NCBI GenBank assembly: GCA_043228905.1
Contig: JBHGNT010000004.1
Location: 4,588,001 to 4,652,000 of the forward strand
Source: Azolla caroliniana
Lineage: Eukaryota > Plantae > Polypodiophyta
Direction: 5' to 3'
Length of the DNA: 64,000 nt
Within the stretch, counting starts at the first letter, position 1. Each line of letters opens with the position of its first letter. The translations under genes and the position numbers were made by a program. Of the stretch, positions 50,256 through 64,000 are shown piece after piece. Under the pieces are notes generated by a model. It was given only the letters and a program-made list of their open reading frames with translations. It did not search any database and had not been told where the DNA came from.

Positions 50256-52091
50256 TTTGCATCCGCGCTGCTTACAAGGCGAATCATCGCTCTTTTGAAT
50301 CTCTGTATCCAGATAGATTACACACAAACCCCCGTTTTTTAATGCCTCATTTAGGAAGGGCAGCTAGCACTCTAATTCGTTTCGAATTTTGATCAGATTT
50401 TTGGATAACGCCCTCTCATATCTTAATGTTAATGATTTTGGTTATGTTCTATTACTGTGAAACATGCATTCGAAATCAATACGCTCACAGTGCCTTCTCA
50501 TCATATGGCCACCACACTCTCGTTAAGTCGCCTGTTTCTTGCGATCTTCCTTCTTGTTGAGAATCAGAAGAATTATGGAAACGTAATCAGTGATTTTGAT
50601 TCACCTTGTTAGCTCAATGTTTTATATTTGGATTGGTGAGAGCATTCATTCTGTCGAATTTAATCTAAAACTGTGAATGAGCTAATGCGGATTTTGTTTT
50701 GGGTGATGAGGAAATCTTGGAGGCAAGCTATGGAAGAATCACTTTAAGAAATGGCATGCAAATTGCATTTCATTCGTTTATATATGCCACTTTCTACTAG
50801 ATCCACCATTTTTCAATGGGATTTGTTATTATATCAATGTTAATGTTAGTCGATGAAATTGTTGCTTTTCATCAGTAAAGTGTTTTGGGTGGGAAGGCTC
50901 TTTTACTCGGTGTAAGAGGGTTAAAATCATGTGGTACAATCTTATGATTGTTTGCCTCTGCATTTTGTTTTTTTCCAACCCCTCAATCTCCTCAGAATTG
51001 CGGTAATTTTTAAGGTGATAGATTTTTACTGTTTACCCGAGTAAGTGACTTTCATCAATGTTCTTATGTAGCAATGTCGAGAATAGGCACCACCAACAGC
51101 TCTAATGCTACCTAGAACCTATAAAGCATTGATTGTGCCATTCATTATTGCGATCATTTCATATCTCAATGACATCGACAATCCAAAGAGGGTTTTATAA
51201 GGTGTGATGCATTGGGAAAGGTCATTCTTTTGTTTATGTATTGATGGAAGGGCCCATGGATAAAGTGAGAAAAATGAATTCGTGTGCTCTTATAGATATT
51301 TGTTTCTTATAGATATTTGTTTCTGCATCCCTGTACATAATCCCTGTGCCAAGCTTTGATTTTGTTACTTTTGAGTAGTAATGTTCGTATATGTTCAATG
51401 CTTCTTTGAATGTGGTGCAATGATTATGTTGATCGGCAATTAGTAGCCTTAATTGTGTTATTTGAGGGCACATATGCACCCAAATCCCTCTACCTAATGT
51501 TGTTTTTCAAGAGATGGGAGATAACATAATAGTGATGTGGCTAATCTTCCATTTTTTTTTCTAATGTTGCATGTCATGTGCAAGATGATATGACAACATA
51601 ATGTAGCTAAATTTCCACCCTTTTGTCCAACATATAACCCTATGTATCAAGTGTCTATATGCTAGTTTATGTATGCTTCTACCATTCTATGCACCAAGCT
51701 CTTTAAGTTATGCTATCCCCATGCTATAGTTATCTTGCTTCCATATGTACCTTGCATTGAGTATGGACCTACAATTAGACAGGTCACATGTCCACGTGCC
51801 AAACAAATACCTAAGCTTATTGATCTTGCCTTAGTAGGTACTCCACAAGTAGAGCTATTGGGACCGAATAATTGTATTGTTGTTGTTTCGTATCCATGTA
51901 AGTGACACAAGGTAAGCTTTGTGGAGTAGTGGCTCTATTTATAAAATTATGGAAATGTAGCCATCTAATGATGTAAACACTTTGCGATTTTCTATTTGCT
52001 TGGGAAAAATTTTAAAACGCATATCCGCATGGCAGGTGATGATGGTACAATGAAAGGATTTGTAAGCTTGGACAAAGAAATTTGTTCATAG

Positions 52092-53966
52092 TGTGGTGTG
52101 CATGTGTTCCTTTGTGCCACCCTTTTAGCGCACCCTTTTTAGCACGCATGTAGCTAAGCCAACCCAAATGGGTGCATTTGTATCGACTAAATTGAGCAAG
52201 AAGTAAGAAGTTAAGGAGGCTGGTTTTGATCTCTTATATGCATTTCACATATTGGTGGAGATGACGGGCACATATTGGTTGAGATGCGGTGTACTCTTGC
52301 GACATCCTTAATCAGGTCTTCAAGGTCTTCTTCTGATTTACATTCTTCATGTTCCTGTGTTTCATTATGTATGTTTGTTCCTTCTCTTCCTTGGACATTA
52401 TCTTCTTGGAAACCTTTTGGTATTGCTTCTGTTGTTGCAGAGATAATGAACTCCCCTCAGATACCACCATGGTTGCTAAGCTTCACAAGATTCCTTCAAC
52501 GGGAAGTTTATGTCTATTGGTGGAGTAAAATTTTAGTCACTAACACCTTGTTCATGGTTTCCCTTGTTCATAGTTTCCCAACTCCATCCCGTCGCCTCCA
52601 AATCTGATACCCCTATGCAGCCTAAGTTCACGTAGCCTCATGAGCAGCCACCTCTACTCTTGAAAGTCCTCTCCAACATTATGCTTCAAATTAGCTCTTG
52701 AAACTGGCCTCTAGGGTGCTGATGGAAGAGCCAACCCCACATGTTCAAGCGTTCTCCTCTTCAATCACTCCACCCACACCATCTTGTTAGACTCTGGTAA
52801 TAGTATCTCTTCCATTAGCGCCGGCATTAGTTCACCAATTAGGCCTCCCGACATCCACCGCTCCCTCCATCCAAGTCCTTTTTGGCGATCACCAACATCT
52901 ATAACACTCTCGCACGCAAGCCCATTGCACCGTCACCTTAGGGAATCTCACTTTCTCACACCACTTTTATGTCTTGCCCCACCAACTCTGCCCCCTCACC
53001 TTAGGGTGCGATTGGTTCCTCAAGCGTCGCACTATAATTGATTTCACTTCCCATCAACTTCTTGTCCCACGAGCTCCCTCGATCCCCCTCCTACACGATA
53101 GCCCTCTTGTCTCCCACCTCAGCCAAGTCCAGGTGGCCCTCAGTCCACAAAAGCAATTGATCTCTATCTGTCAATTGCTAGCTCGTTTTTTGTCACTAGC
53201 CCCGTCCAACTATTACCTTATTAGGGCCACCAGTTCCATAGGGATGTCCTCAACGTCGTTACAGCTCAACTAGGTGTCCAACAAGTGTTTACATCCCCAT
53301 ACCATCCTTAGACAAATGGCCTCACCGAATGTCTCAATAAGACCCTCAAGAAGGAGATTGCTACTTACACCAATCCATGCCACAAAACCTGGCCGACATC
53401 TACAATACATCCGCACAGGTGTTGACACGAATCAACCCTTTTCAAGCACTCTATGGACGTGACCCTCGCCTCCTACCAGAATTGTCCATTGATGTCCATT
53501 CCAAACCTGCCAACATGGATAATGCCACTTGGGGGCTCTATCTCCAACAAATGCTCCCCCTCCTTCGACAAGCCAGCTCTTGAAACCTACAACTCGCACA
53601 ACAACGCCAAAAGCACCAAGGGATTTGGCTCGTTCACTATAGTTCGTGCCATCAGATCCATTACGTACTTGCTCTGACGTAATACCAATGACTAGTTCAC
53701 CTCCGCCCATGTTGCCCACATCAAGCCCTATGTCACCCTAGGCCCATCTTCTGACCCCCGTCCTTTCCCCATGTGGTAAAACTCCTTGTTTCTCTCAGGG
53801 GGGAAATGTGGTGTGCATGTGTTCCTTTGTGCTAACCTTTTAGCACACCCTTTTTAGCATGCATGTGGCTAAGCAAACCCAAATGGGTGTCTTTGTATCG
53901 ACTATAATTTGAGCAAGAAGTAAGAAGCTAAGGAGGTTGGTTTTGATCTCTTATGTGCATTTCACA
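52092..53966 (+). mobile_element. Internally deleted Gypsy element with short LTRs
   Basis: LTRs 52092-52249 and 53807-53966 (TGTG...CACA). 4-bp TSD ATAG at 52088-52091 and 53967-53970. PBS TGGTGGAGATG (tRNA-Ala-like) and PPT AGGGGGGAAA. Remnants LLDSG (protease) and YHP.TNGLTE.LNKTL...YNTS...PFQALYGRDPRL (integrase). Confidence 0.88.
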
Positions 53967-54026
53967 ATAGACATGAGTCATGACTTGTATGTGGAAAAAA
54001 AGGAATGACATTTACGTTTTCTTAAT

Positions 54027-57000
54027 TGTTACCCATATAGGTGTACGAGAGGGTTTGGTGTAATGTGGAAAGTGGTGTGTAAGGTGTAATATGAAATGTG
54101 AATGTGTGAGTGTTAGGTGGGGTAAGTAGGTGTACCTACGTCCATTTGGCTTTTGTAATGATTAGATCTTATTCTATTTAAACCCCACCCCCCCCACAAT
54201 CTTTTTAAACCGTCAACGACTTTACCACAATGGACAAGCCGATTGGTGTGTGATCCAATCGTGCAATATGCTGACTGAACGAGAAGGTTCGTGTCAAGCC
54301 AGCTCCGATCGAAGTTATCGACCGTAGAGCAGTAATCTAGTTGAGGGATTTTCGACCGTCGAGTGAAGACCGATGGAGTTTCCGGTCAATGCGTTTTTGG
54401 CATGGGATTTGTGGGATTGACGTGCAATGCACTGTCCCACGGGCGTGCCAGGTGTTACTCGTATAGGTGTACGGGAGGGTTAGGTGTAATGTGGAAGGTG
54501 GTGTGTAAGGTGTAATATGAAATGTGTAAGGTGTAGTGCTAGGTGGGGTAAGTAGGTGTACCTATGTCCATTCGGCTTTTGTAATGATTAGATCTTATTC
54601 TATTTAAACCCCACCCATGGGGTATGAAAAAAGAAGATGATTGTTCGGTTAGCACGATGGATGTTGCTCCTTCAGGAGTTCGATTTCGAGATTCAACACC
54701 GACCAAGAGTTCAACACGCGATTGCTGACTATCTTAGCCGCTTGGAAACGGGAGAACCACCGGACCAGGAATACAGTGACTTACCGGACGCCGCCCTATT
54801 CTCCATCGACACAACACCCATCGAGTCTGATCCTAATGACGCTTGGATCACCGAAATGACACAATTCCTAAGTACGGGACTTCCCCTGGACCACCTCACA
54901 ATTGACGCTCGAAAACGATTAACAGTCTGAAGCCGTAATTTCTGTCTATTCACAACGCCTCGGATGGCATCTGGAGGCGCACGGAATCGCGAGCGGGCAT
55001 TATGCAGGAGACGTCACAGCCCGAAAAATCTGGCAAAGTGGGCTCTAGTGGCCGACCACGAAAAAGGATGCTCATGATTTTTGTAAAAAATGTGATCTTT
55101 GTCAACGGATGGGACAACCAAATGACCACGATCGCATGCCTCACCAGCCGATCCTTCCCTTGGAACCATTCAAAAAATGGGGTTTGGATTTCGTAGGCCC
55201 TTTTAAACCCCCCGCCACACGCACCGGAAACAAATATATACTAGTCGCAACTAATTACTGTACGAAATGGGTTGAAGCAAAAACGCTTCGAGATAACATG
55301 GTAGCATCAACCGCAAAATTCATTTACGAAAATTTATGGTGCCGTTTTGGTTGTCCAATCAAGCTAGTAAGTGGTCAAGGAGGACACTTCATCAATCATC
55401 TCATATGCGAATTAACCGCCCACTACGCCGTTGTACACAAGAAAAGCACCCCGTACTACCCCCAAGCTAATGGTCTTGCCGAATCTACAAATAAAACCCT
55501 TTAGACCATTCTTAAGAAAATCGTCAATGAGAATCGCATGGATTGGGATGATAAACTACACAGTGCTTTATGGGCTTATCTCACAACCTATAAAATCAGT
55601 ATCGGCTCAACGCCTTTTCGGCTGGCTTTCGGATTAGAAGTTGTAATGCCAATTGAATTCCAAGTACCTAGCTTACGATTGCAAATAGCCGAATGATTAC
55701 CGGAAGCAGAATCCGAACACCAACGTCTGGTCCAATTGCTCGAACTCGAAGAACAACGGATTACCAGTCTGGTTCAATTGGAGCACGACCGTAGACGAAG
55801 GAAAGCCTTCGTCGACCAACATTGTCAGATACCGGACAAAACTTTTGAAATCGGGCAACCGGTCCTGGTTTTTCAAACAAAACTCGAGGTTATGCCCGAC
55901 AAGCTTCAATTCCGATGGACAGGGCCTTTCTGGATCATCGACACATACAACGACACCCTCATTGAGGAATTCAACGACGATCAAATGTTGTTGACGATCA
56001 AAACGGAGCTACAAGACTTGAACGATAATGCCCCGAAACAACTTGGCGAAGTCGACGAACGAACAATGAAGCCGGACAACCACACCCCAACCTCCCCGAT
56101 ATTACAAAGCAACGAAAAAAATGAGCTTGCCACAGACATTTCGGCCAAAAACACCAACGCACCACGACCTGACCCCGCCCCGCGACCATTCCAAAGGATA
56201 CCGGACAAAACTTTTGAAATCGGGCAACCGGTCCTGGTTTTTCAAACAAAACTCGGGGTTATGCCCGACAAGCTTCAATTCCGATGGACAGGGCCTTTCT
56301 GGATCATCGACACGTACAACGGCACCCTCATTGAGGAATTCAACGACGATCAAATGTTGTTGACAATCAAAACGGAGCTACAAGCCTTGAACGATAATGC
56401 CCCAAAACAACTTGGCGAAGTCGACGAACGAACAACGAAGCCGGACAACCACACCCCAACCTCCCCGATATTACAAAGCAATGACAAAAATGAGCTTGCC
56501 ACAGACATTTCGGCCAAAAACACCAACGCACCACGACCTGACCCCGCCCCGCGACCATTCCAAAGGACATAACAGCTGAACTAAACCAGGTGGAGGGAAT
56601 CCTCCACATTTTGACCGAGGATGAACTGTAATATATACTGAATTATGAATTTCAACAAAGTTTTTTATGAATTGAAAATTTCTATTTGTTGGGTTCGACA
56701 TGCCAAGGCACTGTCCCACGGGTGTGCCAGGTGTTGTCCGTGGGCCAAAATAGTAACATATGAGAATCACAATAGGAATTAGGTAGCGGTAGGTAAACAA
56801 CCGAACGCAATCAAACACAGCCGAAAATGTGGAAGGAGAAGGAGTGCGCCGAGGAGCATCTATATAAGGAGCAACATATCAAAGGAAGAGAGGGAGACAT
56901 ATAGGAGAGAAGTTTGAGGTTACTACATAATTAATCCTACTACAGTGTATCTGATACATTCTGGCAGATAACCGTGTAATTGTAATCACTACTCATTTTT

Positions 57001-57225
57001 GTAATCTAAACAATGTTGGGTCTATTTTGTGTCATTGTTCACTTTCAATAATCGTTAAGTAACCTATCTCTCTCTATCGTGTATGCATAACCCGAGGTAT
57101 CCTCTTACGTAATCTGTAGGGTGTCATCCTGTTTTGTAAAAGCGATCTGACCACCACGTACCACAATCCTTTGATCTGATTCCGGTTAGGAATCGAAGGT
57201 GTCACCTCCGGAGAGGAAGGCAACA
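54027..57225 (+). mobile_element. Composite Gypsy insertion: LTR-A (from 54027), second truncated LTR-A (54453-54617), RH-INT fragment (54637-56572), LTR-B (56732-57225)
   Basis: 54027-54190 repeats at 54453-54617. pol motifs RLARWMLLLQEFDF, WGLDFVGPF, TKWVEAK, YYPQANGLAE and RWTGPF. LTR-B is TGTTG...CAACA with CTATATAAGG. TTAAT flanks both ends. Confidence 0.85.
55828..56566 (+). repeat. In-frame 369-bp tandem duplication at the integrase C-terminus
   Basis: GATACCGGACAAAACTTTTG at 55828 and 56197; the 123-aa repeat is visible in ORF 55736-56572. Confidence 0.93.
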
Positions 57226-58086
57226 TTAATCACCATCGTGCATGCTCATACTCATATGTTGGATCTTGTTGTGTGTTTTTGTCTTTATTTAACTGCCAAA
57301 AATTAAGCTTTTACAAGCATTTCATATATCAATTGACTTGGTTGCGTGCTTTTGTCTTACCAAAAATTAAGATTTTACAAGCATCTCATGTATCAAATGT
57401 CTTGATTGTTATAGAGATATTCAGACCCCCCCCCATCTCTATCTAGTATGTAGTTTAGTGGCAAGTTCATTCCTTCTTAACATGGAGTTCATGATAAGTT
57501 ATTTCACATCCATATTATGGTCTTACAAGCACTCAAAATAAACCCACAAAACATCAAATAGAAATGCGTAGTGGACTTTGGAGCGCTTACAAGCACTCGA
57601 AATAAAGAACAAAATAGTGAAGTGGGACGTTTCTAAGTTGTAGGCAATCAAATAAAATTTGCTTGAGAAGCTAACTCCAAGGAGTTGGTTTTGAGCAAAG
57701 AGCATACAATTATGGGCCATCGGCAGTAGGATCGTCAAACTCGACTTTTCACACATGTCTCTCTTACAACATCAAAGCATGGGACTATTGATAAGTTACA
57801 TTCATGGCAAGTTACCATTGTTTTCTCTTGTGCAAGGTGAACATCGGTCTTATGACTGCATTACATGGGTCAAAACTACCTTTTGAAACAATTCTAACTT
57901 GATAGAGAACAATGATCGATAGATCATTTAGTATCAAAGAGTTTGTGTTTGATCGAATCAAATCTCCTACAAAGTGCATTGCATAAATACACACAAGACA
58001 TGTAAGAGTTCTTAAAAAAAACAATATCGATTAAAAATCGAGTTTGGGAGTGGCGACCAGCAAGGGTATCTTTTGTTGACGCTTAA

Positions 58087-58118
<32 letters not shown>

Positions 58119-58354
58119 CACGATTGCCAGGTGTCAAGAACATATACACAGTCTGGCACGATTCGAAGGATTATGTATAAATAATGGGATGTGATTGAGA
58201 GTGCAATGCTTACCTTCCATAGTATTATTATTATTAGTAGTAGTATTAATATAATTAAGAAAAAGTGGAAGGAGTTTGGATTAGAGCAGGAGGGCATCAA
58301 CGGTGATGGATTGTTCCAAATCGGGTGGCATCAGAGCTGGAGGTGGCATCAGCG

Positions 58355-58495
58355 TTCGTGCCACGTGGCTAGCCACACACGCTCATGGGCTGACGTGGCC
58401 CGGAGGCCGTCCTACGTGGCACCCGAGTAGGCTCCGAGCTGGCCGTTTCAGCTGACGTGGCCGGCTCTGCTTTTCGCCCGGGTCTCCACGTCACC
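58355..58495 (+). promoter_or_regulatory. Cluster of five ACGT-core (G-box / bZIP) motifs in the putative NDR kinase promoter
   Basis: GCCACGTGGC, TGACGTGGC (twice), TACGTGGC and CCACGTCA within about 140 bp, upstream of a CT-rich leader. Confidence 0.55.
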
Positions 58496-59265
58496 ATATT
58501 AAATTTGCTTTTCTTCTTTTTTGGCTCTGCTTTCGATTACACACGATTACACAGTGATAAGAAAATCGGCTTGTCAGTCTTCTTCTTCTTCTTCTTCTTC
58601 TTCTTTCTCTGTCTGTCTGCCTGTCTCTCCAGCCTGGCTATGGCGGTAGCCAGCAGCATTCCACCACATCCTTGAAATTTCGAACTTCTGAATTTTCCAA
58701 ATCGCAGAGACGCTACTCCTCTCTCTCTCTCTCTCTCTCTCTCTCCGTTTCCCGTTTCTTGCTTCCTCCCTTTCTACATTGTCCCCGTTTCGACCTCTTA
58801 AACTGCCTTTTGCCGGGAAATTTCTTGCCGTTTCGACCCCGCATCTATTTGCTGGGAATTCCTTTCCGTTTCCCCCCGATCTGTATCCTCAGGAAACACC
58901 TGTCTTTCAGAAAGGAAGAGGAGCAATGGCGTTTGACGTTTCTCCACGTTCTCAGATCATCAGCAAAGGTCAATTTGTATAATCGTGCTTGCAAAGCTTT
59001 CATGCTTGTAGATTCTGATCATCAACCCTCAGGTACATTTTCTCTGCTCACCTCTTCTTCCAGTAGCTCCAAAAAAGGATCCTTTGATTAAATAAGGCAG
59101 TAAAAATGGAAAGACTTTGCTTTTCTTTGAAAATGTGAATGTGATACACAACATGGAGAATGACATTTGAAGGCTAAACACATTCCTTTACAGTGCACAC
59201 TAGTACACAGTAGGCCTCGTTTTATCTCTTTTGGAATTACAAAGTACTTGATTTTTCCAGCAGCT

Positions 59266-63444
<4,179 letters not shown>

Positions 63445-64000
63445 GTAAGGAAACACTCCCACAATCTTTGCTTAACATATTGAATCATTTTTCTGGGAGT
63501 GAAAGATGTGAAGCTGAAGAGTATTTAAAGTTTATTGTCATGTTGGGATAACAAGACTCCTGAATGTGAGCTACATATAGGAGCGAAATTTCTAAAACTC
63601 ATAGACTGCTTGGCTGCTATGGGACAATGAAGCCTGCATGGATTGATGTTACAAGGGTCTGAAGTCTTGATTAGTGATCTCGTCATTTTGGATTAGTGAT
63701 CTCGTCATTTTGGTCTATGTTCTCTTTAGATTAGATGCAACTATTTAGAAATTAGGACTCTACGTGCATTAAAGGACAATATGCATGCACCATCACTGGA
63801 TGTTACGTGATACCAGGTTCCCTTAGGCATTTTGATATGTGTTAATAATATTATTATTATTGTATGCAATTGAATCTCTTAACCTCATACATAAACATAT
63901 ATCTATACAATAAATTTAATACATCAGTCTGTTATTCATAAGGTTTTTAATTAGCTTTGTCAAATCCCCACTGTTTGGTTTTTGTGATACACCATATTCA

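Overview
Eukaryotic nuclear DNA from a land plant, probably a non-seed plant such as a fern, lycophyte or bryophyte (inferred from the retroelement types; species not identifiable). About the first 46 kb is mostly nested retroelements. (1) A Gypsy element sits inside a Copia element inside an L1-type LINE that also holds a solo LTR. (2) A second LINE holds a pol-less gag-only LTR element and a hAT-type MITE. (3) A near-complete chromovirus sits in a third LINE fragment. (4) There are decayed LINEs and a non-autonomous LTR element carrying a 26-unit hairpin array. Four host-type genes are supported: an intronless, loop-less cyclophilin (27.3-27.8 kb, minus), a 5-exon DUF2358/SnoaL-NTF2-like plastid-type gene (33.3-35.0 kb), a 3-exon GPI-anchored lipid-transfer protein (49.4-50.3 kb) and the 5' part of an NDR kinase (59.3 kb to the window end). 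The most unusual signals concern priming of reverse transcription. (a) Two Gypsy LTRs at 54.4 and 56.7 kb have, where the polypurine tract should be, a copy of a tRNA-Arg 3' end ending in CCA. (b) Three related elements have self-priming sites with compensatory changes. (c) Two of those three also carry antisense tRNA-like A/B boxes and heat-shock elements in U3. All calls were made by eye; boundaries of decayed elements are approximate.
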